Source: a virus (lineage: Duplodnaviria > Caudoviricetes). From it: a DNA stretch of 36,360 nt. This document shows, one piece after another, positions 25,774-33,916 of this stretch. The notes under the pieces were generated by a model. The model had not been told where the DNA came from, did not search any database, and saw only the letters and a program-made list of their open reading frames with translations. Position numbers and translations under genes: made by a program. Each line of letters begins with the position of its first letter. The stretch's first letter is position 1. The stretch spans positions 1 through 36,360 of IMG/VR virus record IMGVR_UViG_3300049137_000076. One strand, written 5' to 3'.

Positions 25774-26005
25774 CCATCAGGTCCCGCAGGGGTACGCCGA
25801 GGGCTCGGGCGATCCGCAGCAGCGTGCGCAAGGTTGGGTTCGCACGGCCGGCCTCGATGTCCTGGTAGTGCGCACGGTTCATCGGAACCGTCAGGAAGAC
25901 CCCCTCTTGCGTGAGGTTGCTGCGCTCGCGGATCTCCCGGATTCGCTGGCCGATGCGCCGGCCTTCCTGGTCGAGCCACTCGTCCTCGGTCGGGTCTGCT
26001 GGCAC
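25769..26005 (-). CDS. XRE-family HTH regulator (78 aa)
   Basis: IGQRIREIRERSNLTQE...YQDIEAGRANPTLRTLLRIARALGV. Confidence 0.9.
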   Translation of the reverse strand: MPADPTEDEWLDQEGRRIGQRIREIRERSNLTQEGVFLTVPMNRAHYQDIEAGRANPTLRTLLRIARALGVPLRDLMG

Positions 26006-26477
26006 CCGTCACACGCTGTGTGGCGCGCATTCCGGTGTCAGCCTGCCCACGCCAGGCTTTATTTGATCTTGCACTCCGGGCCGCGCTAAATGTCGTCTGA
26101 CCTGCGACGATGGCGTATCGGTGGGATGAGAAAGGGCGGTCGGAGGGAGGGCATGCCTCCACAATTCGGCCGCCGCATGCCAAGACTGAGTCAAAGCACC
26201 TCGCCCCGGAGGCAAAATCCCTCCGGGGCGTCTACGTTGTACGGCACGAGGCCCCCGCCGATTGTTCCGGCGGGGGCCTCGCTCCTGCTGGGCCGCCTCC
26301 CCGCGAGCCCGTGCAGGCATGCGGAAGCGGTGTTCCAGGCGCGTGTGGGGGAGCCGCGCCTTCCGCTCTCGCGGGGTCCACTCTACGTGCGTGCTGCACA
26401 CAGTCCAGTCCCTCGAACGGGTGATCTATCACCCAAGATCGTTTGGCGTTGTGGACGCTATGCGGACTCTGATCATG

Positions 26478-26509
26478 AAAAGGCCCCCCGGGAGCATGTC
26501 CCGGAGGGC
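26478..26509 (-). terminator. Phage-supplied terminator downstream of the tRNA 3' fragment
   Basis: Minus strand GCCCTCCGGGA-catgc-TCCCGGGGGGC-CTTTT. Confidence 0.65.
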
Positions 26510-26520
26510 GTCTGAACTGC

Positions 26521-26564
26521 GGTGGAGCCTAGGGGAGTCGAACCCCTGACATCTGCCATGCAAA
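26521..26564 (-). other. attP core: 3' half of tRNA-Ala(TGC), from anticodon loop to acceptor stem
   Basis: Minus strand TTTGCAT-GGCAG-ATGTC-AGGGG-TTCGACT-CCCCT-AGGCTCC-ACC; 5' half absent; adjacent to the integrase 3' end. Confidence 0.88.
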
Positions 26565-26590
26565 ATCACCTGCCCCCGTGGGGGAGTGAT

Positions 26591-26682
26591 TCCAAGGCGT
26601 TCCGAGTGGCTCCGAGTGCAGGTCAGGAGGGGTAAGCCCGATCCGCGCGAGCGACTCCGAGTCGTTCCGAGTCGTTCCGTGC
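26591..26682 (+). repeat. Two triplets of 10-bp-phased TCCGAGT repeats (candidate Xis/RDF sites)
   Basis: TCCAAGG/TCCGAGT/TCCGAGT at 26591, 26601, 26611; TCCGAGT/TCCGAGT/TCCGTGC at 26656, 26666, 26676. Confidence 0.7.
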
Positions 26683-26723
26683 GGTCGTTGTGGACTGGAT
26701 GTGGATTCCGGTCCTGTAACCGG

Positions 26724-28031
26724 TCACGAGACGGCCCGCAGGTGGCGGGCGGTACGGCCGGCCTCCAGCGCCTGACGCAGCCGGTCCGCCGCGCCCTCCG
26801 TGCCATGGGTGTACAGCCACGTCACCCGGCCGCCGCGCTCCTGCCCCAGCATGAGCTGTACCTCCTTCTCGCTCACGCCCTGCGCGTGCAGACGGCTCGC
26901 CAGCGCGTGCCGGTAGTCGTGGAACCGCGGCCAGTACTCCTCGCGCCCCGTCTCCGGATTCTTGATGAGCCGTGCCAATCCCACTTCCTTGATCGCGGGA
27001 ATCCAAATCCGGCGTCGGAAGTTGTTGCCCCGCAGGACACCGTCCAGGGTGGTTCGCTCCCCCTTCAGGACTCGAACCTCACCGGCCATCGGACCTCGAA
27101 ACACCAGTTCCTCGGGGCACAATCCGTCGTCGACGTCGGTCACCGAACTGGACGCCGGCAGGCGCTTCAGCATGAGCCGGGCCGCGTCGACGGCCGCGGC
27201 CGTCAGGGGGACCGTGCGGTACCCGGCGACCGTCTTGGGCATGCTCTGGCGGACGATGGTGCCTCGGTCGTCCACCAGGATGTGCCGCACCTCGGCGGTC
27301 TGCTCCTCCAGGTCGAGATAGCAGGCGCGCAGGCCGCTGATCTCGCTCCACCGCATCCCGGTCTCGTGCGCGAAGTCCACGACAGGCTGGTACCACACGG
27401 GGACGGCCTCTCGGATCTCGGCGTACTGCTCCTCGGTCGGAGGCCGGAGATCGTCCGGGTGCTTCGTGGGGGCCTGTGCCGTGATGGTGACGGAGTCGAG
27501 CGGGTTCTTCGCGATCCGCTCATCCACGACTGCGTCGCGCATCAGCGCACGGAACAGCTCACGCACCTTCACCTGTGTGGCGTGGCCCTTGACTTCGGTC
27601 CGCATCCACGCCTGTACCTCAGTGTGGCGGATGGAGTTGAGTTTCCGCTGGCCCCACTTCGGCTCGATGTGACACGTCCAGGACGACAACTTCCTGTTGC
27701 GGGTGGTCGTCTTCCTGGGCTCGTGGCCGGGCCACCACTCCGCCCACCAGGCGGCGAGGGTGATCTCGCCGCGCTTGGGGTCCAGGTAGGTCCCGGACCG
27801 GACCGCCTCCCTGATGCGGTCCAGGAAGGCATCCGCCTCCTTCTTCTTCGGGAAGTTCTTCGCTTTCTGCTGGCCCTCGGCGTCCCGGTAGCGGGCCTGC
27901 CACGAGCCGATGCAGTCCCGGCGGGGCCGGCGCTCGCCGTGGTCGGCGGGCGGGTACGCCTCCAAGCACTTCGAGCACCCGCAGCTCTTGCTGCGCAGTT
28001 GGCGGGGGTTGTTCTGAGCCCTACGCGGCAT
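26724..28031 (-). CDS. int: Tyrosine integrase
   Basis: WQARYRD arm domain, GMRWSE (R), PKT (K), FHDYRH (HxxR), TWLYTH (Y). Confidence 0.95.
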   Translation of the reverse strand: MPRRAQNNPRQLRSKSCGCSKCLEAYPPADHGERRPRRDCIGSWQARYRDAEGQQKAKNFPKKKEADAFLDRIREAVRSGTYLDPKRGEITLAAWWAEWWPGHEPRKTTTRNRKLSSWTCHIEPKWGQRKLNSIRHTEVQAWMRTEVKGHATQVKVRELFRALMRDAVVDERIAKNPLDSVTITAQAPTKHPDDLRPPTEEQYAEIREAVPVWYQPVVDFAHETGMRWSEISGLRACYLDLEEQTAEVRHILVDDRGTIVRQSMPKTVAGYRTVPLTAAAVDAARLMLKRLPASSSVTDVDDGLCPEELVFRGPMAGEVRVLKGERTTLDGVLRGNNFRRRIWIPAIKEVGLARLIKNPETGREEYWPRFHDYRHALASRLHAQGVSEKEVQLMLGQERGGRVTWLYTHGTEGAADRLRQALEAGRTARHLRAVS

Positions 28032-28063
28032 GGCGGCCCGCCTTCACCGTCGGGGCTTGCGTC

Positions 28064-28318
28064 TTACGCGCCAAGGTCCATCACCTCGTTCTGTCGCTGC
28101 TTACTGGTGGGCGCGGGAAGGTCGATGGCCTCCCCGCACCAGCAGCGTGCACCAAACGGTTCCTGCTCGACGCCCATTGCGTCGAGTACGGCCCGTATGG
28201 CGTGGAGGGCGAAGAGGGTGGTGACGGCGAGGCAGTCAGGAATGGTGATCAGGTTCCTGGCGCGGTCCCACGGATCGACGATCTCGTGGCGTGGCGCGAA
28301 CTGGACCCGAATGCACAT
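28064..28318 (-). CDS. Small Cys-containing protein between repressor and integrase
   Basis: MCIRVQ...GARCWCGE; SD GGGGGAG. Confidence 0.7.
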   Translation of the reverse strand: MCIRVQFAPRHEIVDPWDRARNLITIPDCLAVTTLFALHAIRAVLDAMGVEQEPFGARCWCGEAIDLPAPTSKQRQNEVMDLGA

Positions 28319-28527
28319 GACACACTCCCCCGGGGACGGTTACACGAGTGGCTAGCTGTGATCGGCGGGGGAGGACGCCGAACGCGTCACCGAAGGTACC
28401 TGTGAGTGGTCGGAAGCGCGACCACTTGTTGACGGAAAACGCACCCAGCCTGACGAAACGTGACGAGGTCCGAGTAACGGAGACTGCGGATCCGGCCTGA
28501 TGGTTGTACAGGCGCGGGGATTTTTCG

Positions 28528-28896
28528 TCAGCCCTGGCGGTCGTTGGCTTCCGCTACCGCGTTGGCCTGGATCAACAACATCTGCTGCTGTTCCTCGGTG
28601 AGCCGGTCGAAGACCTTCAGGACGGCTTCGCGCCGGTCGTCAGAAAGCGGGGCGGGTGACCGCTTTCCGGTGGCCGCGAAGAGGCGGGCCCGGTACCGGG
28701 GGAACGCTTCGGCCAGTTTGAGCAGTGCCGGCTCACGGGGGAACGCCTTGCCGTGAGCCCAGTTGTTCACCGTGGATACGTGGCTGCCGATCCGGTTGGC
28801 GATCTCGGTCTCGGTGAGACCGTGCTCATCCTTGATGGCGGCGAGGACCTGACCGAGGGTCTCGCTCGCTGCTGCCACGGGCTGGGGCTTCTCCAC
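28528..28896 (-). CDS. Immunity repressor, XRE-family HTH (probably leaderless)
   Basis: LTETEIANRIGSHVSTVNNWAHGKAFP; divergent from the cro-like gene; TTGCGA-17-CAACCT-7-GTG. Confidence 0.85.
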   Translation of the reverse strand: MEKPQPVAAASETLGQVLAAIKDEHGLTETEIANRIGSHVSTVNNWAHGKAFPREPALLKLAEAFPRYRARLFAATGKRSPAPLSDDRREAVLKVFDRLTEEQQQMLLIQANAVAEANDRQG

Positions 28897-28917
28897 GCAG
28901 GCAAGGTTGCCCTGACC

Positions 28918-28944
28918 TTCTACTTTTCGCAAGCGAAAGTAGAA
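28918..28944. promoter_or_regulatory. Operator over the repressor promoter
   Basis: Inverted repeat TTCTACTTTTCGC-AA-GCGAAAGTAGAA. Confidence 0.7.
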
Positions 28945-29065
28945 GCTTGGCGCAAAACTTAGCGGCGCGCGACTCCCTTGTCACGCGCCGTTGTGCGCGG
29001 CATATGCCTACGACTCTGGGCAGTCGTTCAAGTGCCCGGCTTCCGCCGAACCAAACACCCCAGCG

Positions 29066-29091
29066 CTCGGATCCCCTCGGAACCACTCGGA
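29066..29091 (-). repeat. Triplet of 10-bp-phased TCCGAG repeats upstream of the early promoter
   Basis: CTCGGA at 29066, 29076, 29086. Confidence 0.7.
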
Positions 29092-29099
29092 ACGGCTGG

Positions 29100-29135
29100 T
29101 TGACAGGATTCGATTTCGAAAGTAGAAATATCGAA
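29100..29135 (+). promoter_or_regulatory. Early lytic promoter with overlapping operators
   Basis: TTGACA(29100)-17bp-TAGAAA; TTCGATTTCGAAAGTAGAAATATCGAA at 29109-29135. Confidence 0.75.
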
Positions 29136-29178
29136 GCGCCCCAACCGGGGCGCGAACCAGTCAAGGCACGAGGTCCCC

Positions 29179-29493
29179 ATGCCCAAACTGCACCGGAAGC
29201 GCGACGGCAAGCCCCTCAGAGACGCCATGGAGCGAGCGGGACTGTCGGGCCCGGAACTCGCAGAGGCGACGAAGGAAGTGGACCCCGCCGGCAAGGGCGT
29301 CAGCCCCGCCACGGTGGGCCGCATAACAGGGCAGGGCAAGACCGCTCGCGACCGATGCGAGTTGGAAACGGCCTGGCTCGTCGCCGAAGCGCTGCACCGG
29401 AGGACGAACGCCCCCCTCCAGGACCTCTTTGCCATGCCCGCATCTTCGATTTCGAATATCGAAAGGTCAAGCCCCCATGCCGACGAAGAGTGA
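29179..29493 (+). CDS. Cro-like XRE HTH protein
   Basis: LRDAMERAGLSGPELAEAT...VSPATVGRI; first rightward early gene. Confidence 0.8.
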   Translation: MPKLHRKRDGKPLRDAMERAGLSGPELAEATKEVDPAGKGVSPATVGRITGQGKTARDRCELETAWLVAEALHRRTNAPLQDLFAMPASSISNIERSSPHADEE

Positions 29494-29716
29494 CCGCCGC
29501 GTCCCCCTGCCGGCCGGCCTGGTCCCCCTGCTGACCCAGCCCGAGCTGGAGACCTACTACGGCGTCTCCGACTGGACCGTCCTCAAGTGGATCGAGGCCG
29601 GGATGCCCGTCGAACGGCTCCGGAGGACCGGCCAGAAGAAGGAGGTCCGCCGCTTCGACCTGAACGCCGTGAAGGCGTGGATGGCCGACCAGGACCAGAT
29701 GGCCGCCGCCTCCTGA
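29477..29716 (+). CDS. Excisionase/RDF-like (AlpA/MerR-type HTH)
   Basis: LLTQPELETYYGVSDWTVLKWIEAGMP...RRFDLNAVKAWM. Confidence 0.8.
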   Translation: MPTKSDRRVPLPAGLVPLLTQPELETYYGVSDWTVLKWIEAGMPVERLRRTGQKKEVRRFDLNAVKAWMADQDQMAAAS

Positions 29717-29806
29717 CCCTCTTGAACGCGCCGAAGGGCCGCCCTCCTTGCCCGGCTGACGGCCCCGCGACCGGCGCACCCCACCAACCAGAAAGTGAGG
29801 CCACCG

Positions 29807-30136
29807 ATGGCCACATCCTTCCAGACTCAGCGGAGCGCAGCGCTCGCGCTGACACAGCTCCTCGTGGAGCACCCCGAGTTGCCGGCCGCTTCGTGGCGGG
29901 TGGACCGTGACGGGCTGCTGAGCGGCACCGTGGCGATCCACGCCGACGGCCCCGAGCTGGCGTCCGCGATGCGGGCGTACGCCGAGGTGCTGGGCGGGTC
30001 GGTGCACGAGCAGCACTTCACGTCTCCGCAGCACGGCCGGTCGGTGTCGGTGTCGCTGTACACGCGGTGGCGGGACGTGCAGGTGAATGTGTGGGGCACG
30101 TGCACGGCTGGCGCTGGTTCGGCGGTGGCGGCATGA
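29807..30136 (+). CDS. Hypothetical early protein
   Basis: ATG at 29807 with GAGG SD; coupled to the next gene. Confidence 0.7.
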   Translation: MATSFQTQRSAALALTQLLVEHPELPAASWRVDRDGLLSGTVAIHADGPELASAMRAYAEVLGGSVHEQHFTSPQHGRSVSVSLYTRWRDVQVNVWGTCTAGAGSAVAA

Positions 30137-31026
30137 GCGAGCAGACCACTGTCCGCACCGACGAGCTCCGGCCCGGAGACCGCGTCTGGCACCCCTTCGA
30201 CGCCGTGTGCTGCTTCACCGTTGCGCACGAGCCTAAGCCGGCGGGGCTGCACTTCGAGGGTGAGCCGGGCCTGCGTGTGACGGGCACCGACGACCGGGGC
30301 GACACCGTGCACATCGACGTCGCCCCCGGCTACAGGTGGCACCGCGCGCCGATCCGCGACGCCGAGACCGCGGTCCGTGAGCTGGGCGCCCTGCCGGTGC
30401 CGGTTGGCGTCAAGCCGCCGGCCACGCAGGGGCAGGCCCGGACGATGCTGGACCGCGCCCGCGAGGCGCTCACTGCCCGAATGCTGAAGGACGATCTGCG
30501 GCTCGTCCTGGAGAACGTCATCACGTTCGCGACCGAGCGGCAGGCCGAGAACGAGCAGTTGCGGGACGACATCACCGGCGCCTGCCTTGCCCGCTGGGAA
30601 GAGGAGCAGGAGAACAAGCGGCTGTTCCTGGCGTGGGGCTCGGCGCGGATGCGGGCTCGGCGGAAAGACGAGGCGCTGAAGAAGCTGCGCGCCCGGGTCG
30701 CCGGTCTGGAGGCCGAGCGGCACTCGACGAACGAGTCCCTGTCCGACGCGGCAGAGGTGCTGCGCAGGCAGGTCGCCCGTATCACCGAGCTGGAGGCCCG
30801 GCTGGCTGAGTACGAGCGGCCGGCCGACGAGGACCCCATCGCGTTCGCGCTCACCGAGCAGACCGCGGAGCACTGCGACCACCCGAACGGCTATGGCCCG
30901 AACGGCTGCGCCGGGTGCGGAGAGTTCAGGCCCGCCGACGACGAGGACGACGTGACGCCGCAGGTGAACAAGCTGCGGCGGATCCTCGCCGGGCAGCGCG
31001 AGCAGGTCCAGGGCGGTGACGCCTGA
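30133..31026 (+). CDS. Mosaic coiled-coil early protein
   Basis: N-terminal ELRPGD beta domain, coiled coil, CDHP...CAGC. Confidence 0.75.
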   Translation: MSEQTTVRTDELRPGDRVWHPFDAVCCFTVAHEPKPAGLHFEGEPGLRVTGTDDRGDTVHIDVAPGYRWHRAPIRDAETAVRELGALPVPVGVKPPATQGQARTMLDRAREALTARMLKDDLRLVLENVITFATERQAENEQLRDDITGACLARWEEEQENKRLFLAWGSARMRARRKDEALKKLRARVAGLEAERHSTNESLSDAAEVLRRQVARITELEARLAEYERPADEDPIAFALTEQTAEHCDHPNGYGPNGCAGCGEFRPADDEDDVTPQVNKLRRILAGQREQVQGGDA

Positions 31027-31265
31027 TGCACGCCGCGACCGTCGCCGAGTGGCTCACCGCCGCCGCGATCGGCACCGCCGGGTTCGTGCCGGGCGCGCTG
31101 CTGATCCTCGGCCTGGACCACGACCTGACCCCGCGCATGCCGCGCATCAACGTCGCCCCGGTCGGGGCCGCCGTGGTCGACGCGGGGCAGTGGCTCCGCG
31201 TCCGCCTCGCGGCGCTGCTGCGGCTGATCGCGTTCCACATGGAGCCGCAGGGAGGCGCCCGATGA
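31026..31265 (+). CDS. Small hydrophobic hypothetical protein
   Basis: TGATG coupling. Confidence 0.6.
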   Translation: MHAATVAEWLTAAAIGTAGFVPGALLILGLDHDLTPRMPRINVAPVGAAVVDAGQWLRVRLAALLRLIAFHMEPQGGAR

Positions 31266-31444
31266 TCCCCCGCCCGTACGAGCCGGACGACGAGCCCGAG
31301 ATGGACGTGGCGGACGAGGTGGCCTACGCGGACACCGGCCGGCCGTGGGCGGCCCGGGCGATCCGGCACCCGTCGCACGCCCGGACCCGCGCGCACTTCG
31401 CCGCCAACCGGCTGCCGGTGCAGCAGGACCGGAGGGCGTCGTGA
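31262..31444 (+). CDS. Hypothetical protein (60 aa)
   Basis: SD GGAGG, ATGA overlap. Confidence 0.6.
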   Translation: MIPRPYEPDDEPEMDVADEVAYADTGRPWAARAIRHPSHARTRAHFAANRLPVQQDRRAS

Positions 31445-31680
31445 AGGCGTCCAGCCGCGAGGCCCGTCTTGCGCAGCTCCTCGACACGATCCGCACCCAC
31501 GGCGGCCGATGGACGTCCGGCCGCGTGCAGGACATCCGCCGCATCACCAACGGCGCGACGCAGCGCGGCACCGCCAGCCGCGACCTGCAAGAGCTGGTCC
31601 GCCGCGGCCACCTCAACGAGCACGGGCCGGAAGACGGCCGCTTCTACACCCTCAAGACAAGGAAGGACCGCCGCTCATGA
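31441..31680 (+). CDS. Small winged-helix-like protein
   Basis: RGTASRDLQELVRRGHL...GRFYTL; GTGA overlap. Confidence 0.65.
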   Translation: MKASSREARLAQLLDTIRTHGGRWTSGRVQDIRRITNGATQRGTASRDLQELVRRGHLNEHGPEDGRFYTLKTRKDRRS

Positions 31681-31913
31681 CCGGCCCCGAGCACTACCGC
31701 GAGGCTGAGCGCCTCATCCGCAGCCTCAAGACCGACAGCGGCGCCGTGTACATCGAGCCCGGTAACGAGCAGGTCAGCGCCATCGCGCAGGTGCACGCCA
31801 CCCTCGCGCTCGCCGCCGCCACCGCGATGAGCGGCACGAAGAACGGCATGGCGCCCGTCGACTTCAAGGCGTGGGACGCCGTCGCTGGTGTGCCGATGGA
31901 CGGTGACGCCTGA
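31677..31913 (+). CDS. Phage hypothetical protein
   Basis: MTGPEHYREAERL...AQVHATLALAAATA; ATGA overlap. Confidence 0.75.
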   Translation: MTGPEHYREAERLIRSLKTDSGAVYIEPGNEQVSAIAQVHATLALAAATAMSGTKNGMAPVDFKAWDAVAGVPMDGDA

Positions 31914-32950
31914 TGACGACCGTCGTGCAGGCCGGGGCTCAGGCCCCGGCCGCCGGCCGCCGGGTCACACCGACTGGCCGGCTCATCCTCCCCGCTGACG
32001 CCGACCGCGCCGCCTGGCTCACCGCCCGCCGTGGCGGCATCGGCTCCAGCGACGTCCCCGCTCTCCTCGGCCTCGTCGAGAAGAAGCCCCCGCTCGCCGT
32101 CTACTACGACAAGATCGGACAGGACGTCGACGACGCCGGTGAGGCCGCGTTCTGGGGCACCGTCCACGAAGAGCCCGTTGCCCGCCACTGGGCCATGCGC
32201 AACCGCTCGGTCATCCGCCGCGTCGGCCTCGTTGCCCACGTCGACCACCCGCACTGGATGACCACCCTCGACCGCCGCGTCACCGAGTGCCCCCTCGCCG
32301 AGGACAAGCGCATCCCGTGCGCGCTGGAGGTCAAGACCCGCTCCGCCTTCAAGAACGCCCAGTGGCACGCCGGCGCCCCGGACGACGTCCTTGCCCAGAT
32401 GCTGTGGCAGATCGTCGTCAACGGCTACGAGCACATGCACTTCGCCGTCCTCATCGGCGGCAACGAGTACCACCAGGGCACCGTCCGCGCCGACCAGTAC
32501 ACGGACGTCATCGCCGACATCACCACCGCCGTCGACAAGTTCTGGACCGAGCACGTCCAGGCCGAGGTGCCGCCGGAGCCGTCCGGGGACGGCGAGGCGC
32601 TGGCGAAGATGTTCCGCCGCCTGCACCCCACCCGCTCCGGCTCGGTGGACGTCGACATGCACGCCGACGCCCTCGACGCGCTCCTCACCTACAACCGGCA
32701 CCAGCGCGAGGAGTCCGCCGCCAAGAAGGCGAAGGCCGCCGCGAAGGCGCGCATGATCGCCGCCCTCGGCGACGCCCAGGAGGCCCGGCTGGGCGGCGAG
32801 CGCGCCTACTCGCTGGAGCCCACGAACGCCGCGCCGAAGGTCGACCTGGAGCTGCTCGCCGAGCGCTGGCCGGACGCCTACGAGGCCTGCGTCAAGCCGA
32901 ACCCGACGGAACGCATCGACATCGCCAAGCAGTACAAGGGGGGCATCTGA
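31913..32950 (+). CDS. YqaJ-like viral recombination exonuclease
   Basis: WLTARRGGIGSSD, FWGTVHEE, TLDR, LEVKT, QMLWQ. Confidence 0.92.
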   Translation: MTTVVQAGAQAPAAGRRVTPTGRLILPADADRAAWLTARRGGIGSSDVPALLGLVEKKPPLAVYYDKIGQDVDDAGEAAFWGTVHEEPVARHWAMRNRSVIRRVGLVAHVDHPHWMTTLDRRVTECPLAEDKRIPCALEVKTRSAFKNAQWHAGAPDDVLAQMLWQIVVNGYEHMHFAVLIGGNEYHQGTVRADQYTDVIADITTAVDKFWTEHVQAEVPPEPSGDGEALAKMFRRLHPTRSGSVDVDMHADALDALLTYNRHQREESAAKKAKAAAKARMIAALGDAQEARLGGERAYSLEPTNAAPKVDLELLAERWPDAYEACVKPNPTERIDIAKQYKGGI

Positions 32951-32951
32951 C

Positions 32952-33734
32952 ATGGGACTGCGCGAGAACGCAGCCGCTGCGGCCGGCCGGACGCTGGACG
33001 ACAGCGAGCCGCCGAGCAACGAGGTGCGCGAGGCACCGAACCTGACCGAGCCGGACCTTGGCGACCTCTCCAAGGACGCCGAGTCCGCCAGCGCCGTCAT
33101 CGCCTGGTCGCGGGTAATGGGTGAGGTCCGCTCGATCGCCAAGAACGAGCGCTTCGACGGCGGCCGGGCCGGACGGTTCAACTTCCGCGGCATCGAGACC
33201 GCGCTGAACGCCTTCGGCCCCGCCTGCCGTAAGCACGGGGTACTGGTCATCCAGCACAAGGTCGAAACCGAGTACCGCGACATCTCCACCAGCAGCGGCG
33301 GCCGGATGCGCGAGTGCACCGCCCTCGTGACGTTCCGCATCTACGGCCCGGACGGCTCGTACTTCGACTCGCAGGCCGCGGGAGAGGCGTCGGACTCCGG
33401 TGGCCGGTCGACCCCGAAGGCGCAGTCGATCGCGCTTCGCACGCTCCTCATCAACAACGGGCTGGTGCCCACCGAGGACCGTGACGCGGATGCCGTCCAG
33501 TTCGAGCGAGCGGAGTCTCCGGTACGGCCGGCGGCCAGCTACCTGGACGAGATCTGCAACCCGAAGACGAGCGCGGGGCGGCTGCGGCAGATCCACCACG
33601 AGCTGGGCACTACGCGCCAGCTGGGCGCGCTGGTCACGAACGAGGTCGGCGAGGAAGAGCAGATCGGCGCGATGGTCGTGCGGATCGGCAAGGAGCGCGC
33701 GGCCGCGCAGGGTGGTACGGGGGCCGAGTCGTGA
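32952..33734 (+). CDS. ERF-family ssDNA annealing protein
   Basis: FNFRGIE...GPDGS...GEASDSGGRSTPKAQSIALR...PTED; follows YqaJ. Confidence 0.85.
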   Translation: MGLRENAAAAAGRTLDDSEPPSNEVREAPNLTEPDLGDLSKDAESASAVIAWSRVMGEVRSIAKNERFDGGRAGRFNFRGIETALNAFGPACRKHGVLVIQHKVETEYRDISTSSGGRMRECTALVTFRIYGPDGSYFDSQAAGEASDSGGRSTPKAQSIALRTLLINNGLVPTEDRDADAVQFERAESPVRPAASYLDEICNPKTSAGRLRQIHHELGTTRQLGALVTNEVGEEEQIGAMVVRIGKERAAAQGGTGAES

Positions 33735-33916
33735 GCCTGCGTCCCACCGGCCGCCACCGCCGCCCGCGCGCCATTGCCCTGTTCCGTCCGGCTGAGGTCA
33801 ACGACCTCGCGTACTGCCCCGCCGAGCAGCGGATCACCATGCACGCCTTCAAGGGCAGCACCCGCGTCTGCTTCGACTGCCGCGGTGAGAGCCCCACGGC
33901 GGTGCCCCGTGGCTGA
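33731..33916 (+). CDS. Small Cys-containing protein
   Basis: YCPAE...H...CFDC; overlaps on both sides. Confidence 0.6.
   Translation: MSLRPTGRHRRPRAIALFRPAEVNDLAYCPAEQRITMHAFKGSTRVCFDCRGESPTAVPRG

Larger units (their letters stand above)
26450..26707. repeat. Candidate integrase arm-type sites (paired TGYGGAYK at 11-bp spacing) on both sides of the core
   Basis: TGTGGACG at 26450 / TGCGGACT at 26461; TGTGGACT at 26689 / TGTGGATT at 26700. Confidence 0.6.

Noticed and set aside
26320-26428. Possible LexA (SOS) boxes at about 26322-26337 and 26413-26428
   Set aside because: Both deviate from TCGAAC-N4-GTTCGA at two or more positions and no clear downstream gene exists
26521-26600. Complete tRNA gene
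   Set aside because: Only anticodon loop to acceptor stem is present, with no D-arm or 5' acceptor strand, so it is an att core
26591-26707. CRISPR-like array
   Set aside because: Repeats are 7-10 bp with no unique spacers and no cas genes
26586-28355. 589-aa plus-strand ORF
   Set aside because: Antisense shadow of the integrase
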